Assembly (NCBI GenBank): GCA_018658265.1
Contig: JABHVN010000045.1
Span: forward strand, 1 to 44,568
Direction: 5' to 3'
Source of the DNA: Candidatus Woesearchaeota archaeon
GTDB lineage: Archaea; Nanobdellota; Nanobdellia; SCGC-AAA011-G17; UBA489
DNA length: 44,568 nt
Shown here one piece after another: positions 9,793-18,505 of the stretch. The position numbers and the translations under genes are program-made. How positions within the stretch are numbered: the first letter of the stretch is position 1; each line of letters starts with the position of its first letter. A model generated the notes under the pieces. The model made no database searches. It was not told the origin of the DNA and saw nothing but the letters and a program-made list of their open reading frames with translations.

Positions 9793-11309
9793 TTTTCATC
9801 ATTTCCACTAGCTCCTGCTCTTTTCAGGACTGCTTCTGGATCAGTATAGTACTCTCTCATAACTGCACCAACATCATTAACATTGCTGATATCTTCTTTA
9901 ACCATCCATCTAAGAATTCTCTGTTTTCTTTGCAAATCTCTATTAATTTCTTCCATAGACATACCAGTAACTCTACTCAATTCTGAAAATAATCTTAATG
10001 GTGCAGAATGTTCAACCATTTTATCTGTTGATGCTTTCCACCTATACAAAATATTTGGTTTAACTGTCGATCCTGATTCATCCATTGAAGGAACAAATTC
10101 ACCAACCTGTAAACATCTTCTAAAACCTAATCTTCTATCTCTAAACATTACAACATTTAGATTTACACCTGTTAACAAATTCTTTGGAACTTCAATAGGA
10201 GGATTAGTCAAACGTTGAATAGTTTCTTCGACAGTATCTGCGTGAACAGTAGCATATACTGAGTGACCAGTATGCATTGCTTCGAATAATACTTCTGCCT
10301 GTGCTTTCTTTCTCATCTCTCCAAGGATAATCCTATCGGGCCTCATACGTAAGGAGTTAATTAACAAGTCAAGCATAGAAACTTCTCCTTTTCCTTCAGG
10401 GTTAGGTTGTCTAACTGTTAGTGGGCACCAATATAGGAATTTTGGTAATTGGAGTTCTCTTGTATCTTCAATACTTACAATTCTTTGATTGGGAGGAATA
10501 AATGGCATACAGATATTCAAAAATGAAGTTTTACCAGAAGCAGTTCCACCACTAATCAATACATTCATTTCATATTGGATTGATAACCAAATCAATGAAA
10601 GAATTTCTGGAGTAACTGTATTATTCCTTACAAAGTCTACCATTGTCCAAGGGTCTCTAGAGAACTTACGGATTGTGATAGTATTTCCCTTTGTAGATAT
10701 AGGGAACAATACTGCATTCGCTCTGTCCCCAGTAACTAAATGTGCATCTAATAATGGCGTCAATGCACTAATTTGCCTTCCAACCCTTCTACCAATAATA
10801 TTAGAATAATTAAGGATCTGCTCTTCATTAGTTGGAACAATATTTGTTTCTAACCAACCATGTGCTTTATGATAAACTCTTACTGGTTCTTTGGATGAAG
10901 TAATAACAATCTCTTCTAAATTTTCATCATTTAGAATATACTCGATTTCGCCAAGGCCTAACATATCTTGCATTAAAACATTTGTTAAGAAATTAACCGT
11001 CTCTTCAGTTAAACTAGAAACTCTATCTTTGAAAAGTTTTTTAGCTTTAGTTTCAAATCTTTTTTTAATAACTGTGATTGCTTTGGGATCAACTATTTCT
11101 TTATTACTAATTGAAACTTCTGTAATTAGTCCATCTTTGATATGGTCCATTAAAGCTCTTGTAGCAACTGTTAATTTAGGTACAGACATATGATAAGTCT
11201 TACTAAGTCCTTGCCCACCTAGAATAGAAACATCAAGAACAAGGTCATCTGTTTTAACCTTATACTCTTCAATTACTCTTCTTCCTTCTTTTCCCTCTTT
11301 TTCTTCCGT
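9789..11309 (-). CDS. Type IV pilus assembly ATPase (CpaF/TadA/VirB11 family)
   Basis: Walker A GGTASGKT, SIEDTRE, LRMRPDRIILGE, TGHSVYATVH. The frame stays open 40 codons upstream of ATG 11189 to an ACG at 11309 preceded by AGGTGA; start uncertain. Confidence 0.93.
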   Translation of the reverse strand, partial: TEEKEGKEGRRVIEEYKVKTDDLVLDVSILGGQGLSKTYHMSVPKLTVATRALMDHIKDGLITEVSISNKEIVDPKAITVIKKRFETKAKKLFKDRVSSLTEETVNFLTNVLMQDMLGLGEIEYILNDENLEEIVITSSKEPVRVYHKAHGWLETNIVPTNEEQILNYSNIIGRRVGRQISALTPLLDAHLVTGDRANAVLFPISTKGNTITIRKFSRDPWTMVDFVRNNTVTPEILSLIWLSIQYEMNVLISGGTASGKTSFLNICMPFIPPNQRIVSIEDTRELQLPKFLYWCPLTVRQPNPEGKGEVSMLDLLINSLRMRPDRIILGEMRKKAQAEVLFEAMHTGHSVYATVHADTVEETIQRLTNPPIEVPKNLLTGVNLNVVMFRDRRLGFRRCLQVGEFVPSMDESGSTVKPNILYRWKASTDKMVEHSAPLRLFSELSRVTGMSMEEINRDLQRKQRILRWMVKEDISNVNDVGAVMREYYTDPEAVLKRAGASGNDEK

Positions 11310-12355
11310 AATTCAACATCACCTACTGTTGGATAATAAAGAGATATCAAACCCTCATCTTTTAATATCTTTCCCCATTCTTCTGATTCCTTTTTGGATA
11401 TGTTAAAGATACCGCTTACTTCCTCAATAGTTAATTTCTCCTTTTCATTAACCAAATCTAGTAATTTATCTATGTCTGTGAGACTATCTCCTGTTGTAAC
11501 CACCACATGTTCTTCAGTCTTCATATTTTCCTTAATCTCTTTTACAGAATCATCTGATTTAATCTTGTATACCTTTTTCTTATGCGCTAGCCTATCTTTA
11601 ACATCGAACATAATAATTCCCATTGAAACAACAACTAATCCCAAAATAACATAATATGCACTACTAGAGATTAATTTCAATGAATCTAACCAATATCCTA
11701 TTAAGAAGTTCCCGCTCAACACAAGCCCAGAGCCCAAACCTAAAACAACAAAAATTAAAAGAATTAATGAGAAAAAACTTTTATGTTTTCCTTTACTATA
11801 GATACTTAATATTACTTTTTCAACTTTATCTATCGGCCACCCAGAAGAAGTACATGCCTTAACTATTTCCTGTTTAGGAACATTATTCTTCTTAGATTCA
11901 AGAATATAACTTTTTAATTGATCTAACTTTTCTTTATCTTGATTTTTGCCAACCTTCTTTGTTTCAGTTTTTACATCTTTGTTAACTGATTTTCCAACCA
12001 TTTTAGGTTTTCTTTTCAAATGAAATAAATGTAACAATTTACTAAAAAATGTAAATTTAGCTTTATGTTTTTCTGGTTCAATTTCTAATTCAGGTTTTTT
12101 CTTAGAATTAACATCATAGTATGTCCAAGAAATATCATTGTCACTCTTCTTTGCTTTTGATGCAATTGGCTTCAACTTTTTTTCTTGAGGATTTATTTTT
12201 TTTAATCTTACAATTTCAAATACAGAGAATGCTACAATCAAAACACCTGTAGTAGAAGTAAAAATTGCAAATATTGCTTCAGTCAATAAAAAATAAATTG
12301 ATGAGATAGATAAAACTATTCCTAATACCAATAGAACCTTGAAAAACCTCTCCAT
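11273..12355 (-). CDS. Membrane protein with C-terminal winged-helix-like domain, pilus-locus associated
   Basis: Four TM segments; C-terminal TDIDKLLDLV...EEWGKILKDEGLISLYYP resembles a wHTH. Confidence 0.75.
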   Translation of the reverse strand: MERFFKVLLVLGIVLSISSIYFLLTEAIFAIFTSTTGVLIVAFSVFEIVRLKKINPQEKKLKPIASKAKKSDNDISWTYYDVNSKKKPELEIEPEKHKAKFTFFSKLLHLFHLKRKPKMVGKSVNKDVKTETKKVGKNQDKEKLDQLKSYILESKKNNVPKQEIVKACTSSGWPIDKVEKVILSIYSKGKHKSFFSLILLIFVVLGLGSGLVLSGNFLIGYWLDSLKLISSSAYYVILGLVVVSMGIIMFDVKDRLAHKKKVYKIKSDDSVKEIKENMKTEEHVVVTTGDSLTDIDKLLDLVNEKEKLTIEEVSGIFNISKKESEEWGKILKDEGLISLYYPTVGDVELRKKKREKKEEE

Positions 12356-12400
12356 CCTGTTATAATCAGTCCTAATTTACTTATAAATTATTTGCCCTCA

Positions 12401-13486
12401 CTAATTAAGATATTTTAATCTCACGCCGCCACCAATTGTATCTAAAAGTGGAGGTCCAACTCCGTAAGAGGGAGGACTAACAAAGTAAATATCATGTTGA
12501 GCAGCTTCACCACTATCCCTTAATTTGATATCTACAGCAATTTCAATATTTCTTTCCAGACAATGTGTTTGAGAACTCCCAAAGTAAAAGGATTTAAAAT
12601 ACCCACTAGAACCGCTACATCCCGTAAATGTGTCTGGTAGAGTTAAAACTAATCCATCGGAAGTTTCTTCCCAATAGTCTTCAGAAATAAATGGTTCACT
12701 TTCTGTGGTATTAACCCAATTTAACTCCAACGTATTATTATTTCCCCCCATTTCCATTTTTAATTCATAAACATTTTCGAAGGAAGTTCCTAATGTCAAA
12801 AGATCTGCCCTTTTAACGCCCATAGTTTTTTCCTCAACAGGGTTGCTTTGATAGTGGTTGTATGTTGTAATATTTAAACAATTCTGGCAAGGGGGAACAA
12901 CATTGCCAGATTCTTCAGCCATGTATAGTTGAAGATCTTGACTCCATATTGTAATATTAATGCTTTCAGTATTAGTCTCATTGAAACCGTTCAGATAAAT
13001 CAGATTTTCTGGCCAAGTTGTAAGGTCAATATACATTTTCAAATTATTGGCTAGGTAAAATCTACTAGAGTTAGTAGAAAATCCTCCAGAACCTATACCT
13101 ATCGGAAAATCATTCTTTCCTAAAAATGGCCTTCTAAGACTAAAGTTTAAACTTTGACTAGACTCTGTTCTATTTTTTAAAATTTCAAATTGATCTAAAA
13201 TATCTGTTTCATAAGATTGAGTTTCGTTAGCAAATTGAGTTTTAATCCTTATCATATTTCCATCTACAGAAATATCATGTGTACCATTCATTCCATTCAT
13301 AACCATTCTGCTCAAAGTTCTAGAAACAGAATTATCTAGGTTGTATAGTCTTTCACTTTCTCCAAATTCCTTAATCCTTTCTTCAGAAGTTTCAGAATGA
13401 CCTACAATAACATTTGCAAAAGCAAGAAGAGTCAAGCTAACAAAAACCAATCCCAATGTCATCAAAATTCCTTTTTTATTGTACAT
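12401..13486 (-). CDS. Large pilin-like protein with class III signal peptide
   Basis: MYNKKG/ILMTLGLVFVSLTLLAF; many N-x-S/T sequons; last gene of the pilin run. Confidence 0.75.
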   Translation of the reverse strand: MYNKKGILMTLGLVFVSLTLLAFANVIVGHSETSEERIKEFGESERLYNLDNSVSRTLSRMVMNGMNGTHDISVDGNMIRIKTQFANETQSYETDILDQFEILKNRTESSQSLNFSLRRPFLGKNDFPIGIGSGGFSTNSSRFYLANNLKMYIDLTTWPENLIYLNGFNETNTESINITIWSQDLQLYMAEESGNVVPPCQNCLNITTYNHYQSNPVEEKTMGVKRADLLTLGTSFENVYELKMEMGGNNNTLELNWVNTTESEPFISEDYWEETSDGLVLTLPDTFTGCSGSSGYFKSFYFGSSQTHCLERNIEIAVDIKLRDSGEAAQHDIYFVSPPSYGVGPPLLDTIGGGVRLKYLN

Positions 13487-13487
13487 T

Positions 13488-14294
13488 TTATTCAGGTATA
13501 TCTCCCTCTATCCATACTCTAAATGAAGCTTTGTGAGTCCCTTCAAAATGACCATTCGCATCAAAAGCTGCAAACCATCTTGACCCCCCACCAATAAATT
13601 GGTTTGTAGGGACATCTCTAGAAGTATTCAATGTGTACGCAGGATCATCTAAGGCTTTCACCCAATTTACAGTAAACGTATCTTCCTGTTGATTATTAGA
13701 AGCAATTCTTATTAGCTCCGTATTGGGAGAAGTTTGCAAATCTTTAACTCTTTCTTTAGTAGTGTAGGTACATTTTTCTCCAACATTACAGACAGAAGTC
13801 ATAGGATAATAAATTCCATTATGCATTACTAAAAGTAATGGTTCTACAGAAGTCAAACCATTAGTAATTACGTTTGCTTGGAGGTATAAGTCTCCACCAT
13901 TAGTCAAAGGTTTAAGACCAATTCTTTGAGTGTAAGGTTCAGAAGGACCCATAGGAATATCACAATTTCCAAAACAAGGAGTTTTAGCAGCATCATGAAG
14001 TAAAATTGTCATGTTGTACCCATTAGGTAAATAATCTGAAACAAGTAAACCATTAACCCCATCTTCAGAGATATAATTGTGAATGGATTCTACGTCTCTA
14101 AATGCACTATCCAATCTTCCCGCTTCATCATACATTGCAATTACATCATAACCCCTTTTGATTACTTGAGATTGAGATAGTGATTCTTGAGAAGTTGTAG
14201 TAAAATAATAGGTCGTGTTAATCAACATAATTAAAACCACTGAGATTGCAATTGCTCCATCTAAAGCAAAAATAATTCCTTTCTTACATCTCAT
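13488..14294 (-). CDS. Pilin-like protein with class III signal peptide
   Basis: MRCKKG/IIFALDGAIAISVVLIML; ATGA overlap with the upstream gene. Confidence 0.8.
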   Translation of the reverse strand: MRCKKGIIFALDGAIAISVVLIMLINTTYYFTTTSQESLSQSQVIKRGYDVIAMYDEAGRLDSAFRDVESIHNYISEDGVNGLLVSDYLPNGYNMTILLHDAAKTPCFGNCDIPMGPSEPYTQRIGLKPLTNGGDLYLQANVITNGLTSVEPLLLVMHNGIYYPMTSVCNVGEKCTYTTKERVKDLQTSPNTELIRIASNNQQEDTFTVNWVKALDDPAYTLNTSRDVPTNQFIGGGSRWFAAFDANGHFEGTHKASFRVWIEGDIPE

Positions 14295-14851
14295 TTACTT
14301 AGGATCACCTCGATAATAGCAGGCCTATATGGTCCATCAGTTTCATTTTGGTACAGGATATCCCTTCCTAAATTAACAGAAAACTTACTTCCGCCGCTAA
14401 CTTTTCCAAATACATACATTTCTTCTGAATCATTATTTCTTATTCTAATTCCCATACGATACTGTCCTGCATGGAATATATCTCTCAAGGCTTCTTCAGG
14501 AGTAACACTGGCATCTCCCAATTCATCTAACGCATTAGTTTTACCTACGGGAATTTTCAATTCTTCCCCCACCAGTCCAACAAATTTAATTTCCTCATAA
14601 GTTATCCCACTTGTCAAAGTTAGATAATCCCAATTATCTGGCTCTCCAGGAGTTTTCAACATTAAGTCTGAAACTTCAAATGATTTAACAACTAAATCAT
14701 CATATTCCATTCTATTCAATAATCTAACGTGGTATAGGTTCCAAAGAACAGAAGTTATAGTAATCAAAATAATAAATATTCCTACGGCTACAAATAAGTC
14801 AGTTATTGCAGCCTGACTTTTTTTATCATTTAGATACTTTAGATTTTTTAT
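14291..14851 (-). CDS. Pilin-like protein with class III signal peptide (start anomalous)
   Basis: Frame extends upstream of the TTG at 14767 as ...NDKKS/QAAITDLFVAVGIFIILITIT; TPGEPDNW motif. No in-frame ATG; candidates are ATA 14851 or out-of-frame ATG 14829. Confidence 0.78.
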   Translation of the reverse strand: MKNLKYLNDKKSQAAITDLFVAVGIFIILITITSVLWNLYHVRLLNRMEYDDLVVKSFEVSDLMLKTPGEPDNWDYLTLTSGITYEEIKFVGLVGEELKIPVGKTNALDELGDASVTPEEALRDIFHAGQYRMGIRIRNNDSEEMYVFGKVSGGSKFSVNLGRDILYQNETDGPYRPAIIEVILSK

Positions 14852-15458
14852 TTAACACACCACCTAATTTAATTTCCATAACTTCTGAGATTAATTCTTT
14901 ATCGCCAACAACTCTCAAAAGCTGCACTTCAAATTTTCCAGATTTACTCATAGAAAATACCATTTCTTTATCACTAATAAAGTTTAAACTCTTTTCTTCC
15001 CCGTTCAATAACAGGGTCATCTCTTCATCAAAGTTTTCTCCAATGATCTTGACATTTGTTCTATCCGTACCATCAATACTACTGATTTCTGGAGAATTAC
15101 CAATAAAAATTCCTTCATCTGTATTAATAATTTCAATTATGCCCCTATTGGCATTATAGTCCTCAATAGAAGGTGTCAAAGGTATACTGGATTCTTCATT
15201 GTAAATCAGCCTATTGTCTACAATGGAATATCCATTAATAGATGCAACTGCAATAGAATTTCCAGGACCTAAACGAGAAACAGTTTCAATAGCATCTCTT
15301 AACACTGCGGCCTCTTGAACTCTAATTCCTTCACTCCATTTATCATTCAACCCATCTACAGTTAAAACACTAATTGGTATTGAAGTTGCAAGAACTATTC
15401 CTACAAGCATTATTGTTTCAATTGATGCCACTTGCCCCTTCTTGTTTAGAAATTTCAT
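14826..15458 (-). CDS. Pilin-like protein with C-terminal IPT/TIG-like domain
   Basis: MKFLNKKG/QVASIETIMLVGIVL; C-terminal SPEISSI...VKIIGENF resembles an IPT/TIG Ig fold. Confidence 0.8.
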   Translation of the reverse strand: MKFLNKKGQVASIETIMLVGIVLATSIPISVLTVDGLNDKWSEGIRVQEAAVLRDAIETVSRLGPGNSIAVASINGYSIVDNRLIYNEESSIPLTPSIEDYNANRGIIEIINTDEGIFIGNSPEISSIDGTDRTNVKIIGENFDEEMTLLLNGEEKSLNFISDKEMVFSMSKSGKFEVQLLRVVGDKELISEVMEIKLGGVLNKKSKVSK

Positions 15459-15866
15459 TCAAATATTTTCCTCTAATCGAAGAACTCCTTTTTCATTTAT
15501 GGCCTTCCATTTACCTGTGCCCAAGAGATAATCTTCAGATAATTCTCCCTCAAAGGTACACACAACTTCTACTTCAGTATTCGAAGTTTCTACATCCCCC
15601 ACAATAATCAATTCAGTTGTGTAAACATCAAACGTATGAGGGGTTCTAAATGTTGCATTATATCCATCTCCTAACGCTAAAACCCTATTAATCGCACTAG
15701 AAATTTGATTACAATCATTTTTTTTATCTATAATATCTCTAGTTCTTTCAACATCTATTTTTTTATTAAATGTCATTACAGTTAGGAGCAAAAAAATAAT
15801 AAGTAAAACTCCCACAGAGTACATAATCTCGATACTTACTTGCCCCTTCTTATTTTTTCTTAACAT
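15459..15866 (-). CDS. Archaeal type IV pilin (class III signal peptide)
   Basis: ATG at 15866 gives MLRKNKKG/QVSIEIMYSVGVLLIIFLLL (G/QxSxE motif). Confidence 0.88.
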   Translation of the reverse strand: MLRKNKKGQVSIEIMYSVGVLLIIFLLLTVMTFNKKIDVERTRDIIDKKNDCNQISSAINRVLALGDGYNATFRTPHTFDVYTTELIIVGDVETSNTEVEVVCTFEGELSEDYLLGTGKWKAINEKGVLRLEENI

Positions 15867-15867
15867 C

Positions 15868-16296
15868 TTAACTAATGCTGATATTAACTCCTGTTTCATT
15901 TATACTAGACACTTTCAAATGATATGTTCCAGCATTAATCGGTAACTCTCCATACAAGAATGGTTTCACAGAGGCATGCACATCCGAGATACCTCCATAG
16001 AATTCAACTTTCAAAACAATTTCATTTGTATCTCCAAAATTTTCCCCATTATGGAATTTAGATTCAATTACACCTTTGGGGAGAGTAACAACAACAATTT
16101 CTTTTGTACCTGGGCCAATGGAATGAACTGCATCTACAGCTTTAGACAATCTACTGATAAAACTATCAAGTTGACTTGCCTTAAGTGCATTATTTGTTTC
16201 TAAAAAAGAATAATGTACGATTGGAATGAAAAAAAACAACAACAGTCCAATAAGAATAACATACTCAATACTAGCTTGACCTCTCTTTTTCCTCAT
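15868..16296 (-). CDS. Archaeal type IV pilin (class III signal peptide)
   Basis: MRKKRG/QASIEYVILIGLLLFFF; TATA-like TTTATA about 25 nt upstream; first gene of the locus. Confidence 0.9.
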   Translation of the reverse strand: MRKKRGQASIEYVILIGLLLFFFIPIVHYSFLETNNALKASQLDSFISRLSKAVDAVHSIGPGTKEIVVVTLPKGVIESKFHNGENFGDTNEIVLKVEFYGGISDVHASVKPFLYGELPINAGTYHLKVSSINETGVNISIS

Positions 16297-16450
16297 ATAT
16301 TACACATCGAGTATTCAAACCTATAAATCTTTTGATACTCATTAGTTAACAAAATTTATCAAATATCTGCATAGATTAGCTAGTTTGGCAAACAGAAAAT
16401 CATTTAAGTATCGGACTCGTCTTAAAACAAAACTACGGAGGTGTTTTGAC

Positions 16451-16606
16451 ATGAAATGCGATTGTCCAGCTTGGTGTAAATGGGTTCTACTTATTGCAGG
16501 TATCCTTTACGTTGCAGGAGATTTAGGTTATGGTCCAGGGTTATGGGGTATAGACGTATGGCACTTATTAGTACTATTATTCGGTATTAAAGCAGTATCA
16601 AACTAA
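16451..16606 (+). CDS. Small 2-TM membrane protein (51 aa)
   Basis: GGAGGTG SD before ATG 16451; MKCDCPAWCKWVLLIAGILYVAGDLG...WHLLVLLFGI. Confidence 0.75.
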   Translation: MKCDCPAWCKWVLLIAGILYVAGDLGYGPGLWGIDVWHLLVLLFGIKAVSN

Positions 16607-16656
16607 ATCTAACGAATAACAAGAAGGGTGTTGTAATACTTCGCCCAATATTTTTT

Positions 16657-17349
16657 TTAATCAGGTAAATCCTTAACTTTTCCAAAATAATAAGTCTTAT
16701 CTTCAACTACATAGATTTCAAAATTCTTTAAACCTTTTTTCAAGTAAGGACTTAAGAACTTTCCATGATGAATATCACTTCCAACAGTTAACATGTTGAA
16801 TGAAGGCATTACAATTAAGGGATGCTTTTCCCAAGTACCTTTCAAAAAGCATTTATATTTCTCTCCAGGTTTTTCTCCAAAGCTAACTGCAGGATGTTCG
16901 TGCCCTATGATTATTATTTTTCCAGTATTTGGTAGAATTTTATCCCCATGAACAATAAACAAATCATCTAACTCAAAGAAATTCGCAAGTTTTATTTTTT
17001 CAAATCTTTTAACAATTGGTCCTATCATAACATCATGATTTCCTTTAACAACAATAACTTCATATTTGCCAACTAAATCTTCAAATAATCTTGTTACAGC
17101 ATCCCATTCCTGAGGAGAAATTATTCCAAAGTGATGCTTAATATCTCCATTGAACACAATCCTTTTTATTTTGTTATTTTCTAAAATATGACGAATTCTT
17201 CCAAGAACATCCTCAGTTTGGAATCTTGGAACCATAACACCTTTTTTATTTAAATAGTCCTCATATCCCAATTGCAAATCCCCCAATATTAAGGTTCCCT
17301 TATACTTAAGAGCTAAATCTACAATTTCTATATCTTTATGTATCTGCAT
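16657..17349 (-). CDS. Calcineurin-like metallophosphoesterase (COG1407/PdeM-like)
   Basis: GDLQLGYE, NGDIKH, GNHD, HGD, GHEHP, MPSFN motifs; start placed at ATG 17349. Confidence 0.9.
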   Translation of the reverse strand: MQIHKDIEIVDLALKYKGTLILGDLQLGYEDYLNKKGVMVPRFQTEDVLGRIRHILENNKIKRIVFNGDIKHHFGIISPQEWDAVTRLFEDLVGKYEVIVVKGNHDVMIGPIVKRFEKIKLANFFELDDLFIVHGDKILPNTGKIIIIGHEHPAVSFGEKPGEKYKCFLKGTWEKHPLIVMPSFNMLTVGSDIHHGKFLSPYLKKGLKNFEIYVVEDKTYYFGKVKDLPD

Positions 17350-17458
17350 TCCAATCATTCTAAAGAATAACAACAATGCTTATTAATTTGACCATTTTTT
17401 TATGAATATAGATTAGAAATTTAGATATCTTCTAAAAATCAATAAAATTGACTGAAAA

Positions 17459-18505
17459 ATGATAATTGGACTTACTGGAAAAAATGCATCTGGCAAAGGG
17501 AAAGTTGTGTCTTATCTTAAGCAGAAAGGATTTTCATCAAGTTCACTTTCTGATGAAATAAGGTTGGAGCTAAAACTTCGAGGAGAAGAAGAATCTAGAG
17601 AAAATCTAATTAGAGTTGGAAATGAACTTAGAACTAAGGAAGGTCCAGCAACACTCGCAGTAAGAGTGGCTAAACGAGTAAAAATGCCTTATGTAATAGA
17701 CAGCATAAGAAATCCATCTGAAGTAGAAGAACTAAGGAAGATTCCAGGATTTAAATTAATGGTTGTAAGTGCACCTCCCAAAGTAAGATTCGACAGGGCC
17801 ATGGCAAGGGGCAGGTCTGAAGGTGCAGAAACTTTTGAAGAGTTTCAAAAAATAGAAGAAATGGAAAACTCGAATAATCCTAACTCGCAACAGTTAAATA
17901 ATACAGAAGGTTTAGCAGACATAGAATTAATAAATGATTCAGGTTTTGAAGAATTACATAAGAAAATCGATGAGTTATTGTTGAATGAAACTTGTAATGG
18001 AAAAATAAATATGGATAAACAAGAAATAGATAATAGGCCTAGTTGGGATGAATATTTCATGGGTATCACAAGGGAAGTTGCCAAAAGAGCTACTTGCGAT
18101 CGTGGAAAATGTGGCTCAGTTATTGTAAAAAGCAAGAGACTTCTTTCTACAGGTTATGTTGGTTCTCCAATAGGTGCACCTCACTGTGACGAGGTAGGTC
18201 ATCAAATGACAGAAGTGTATAATAAAGAAGGTGAAAAAAGTTCACATTGTATTAGAACCACTCATGCAGAACAAAACGCAATAGTTCAAGCTGCAAGGCA
18301 CGGAATTTCAATTGAAGGTGCAACAATATACACTAAAATGGAACCTTGTCATGTTTGTGCAAAGATGATAATCAACTCAGGAATAAAAAGGGTTGTTGCA
18401 GAAAAGAAATATCATGCAGCACAAATATCCAGAGATTTATTCAAACAAGCAGGTGTAGAGTTAGTAGTTTTAGACAAAGAAATCAAAACTTACGATAATC
18501 AGTAA
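17459..18505 (+). CDS. Fused nucleotide kinase (dephospho-CoA kinase/NMP kinase fold) and dCMP deaminase
   Basis: MIIGLTGKNASGKG P-loop, DSIRNPSEV; then RPSWDEYFM, HAEQNA, PCHVC. Confidence 0.9.
   Translation: MIIGLTGKNASGKGKVVSYLKQKGFSSSSLSDEIRLELKLRGEEESRENLIRVGNELRTKEGPATLAVRVAKRVKMPYVIDSIRNPSEVEELRKIPGFKLMVVSAPPKVRFDRAMARGRSEGAETFEEFQKIEEMENSNNPNSQQLNNTEGLADIELINDSGFEELHKKIDELLLNETCNGKINMDKQEIDNRPSWDEYFMGITREVAKRATCDRGKCGSVIVKSKRLLSTGYVGSPIGAPHCDEVGHQMTEVYNKEGEKSSHCIRTTHAEQNAIVQAARHGISIEGATIYTKMEPCHVCAKMIINSGIKRVVAEKKYHAAQISRDLFKQAGVELVVLDKEIKTYDNQ

Noticed and set aside
7932-16296. Archaellum operon
   Set aside because: No archaellin-type N-termini or FlaF/G/J pattern; two TadC-like genes and QxSxE pilins indicate a pilus.
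6730-16446. Shared 13-mer TACGGAGGTGTTT upstream of lrp and the 51-aa gene
   Set aside because: Largely explained by the Shine-Dalgarno core GGAGGTG.
16385-16450. N-terminal extension of the small membrane protein
   Set aside because: The SD GGAGGTG and promoter-like TTTAAGTA lie inside it; ATG 16451 is the likely start.
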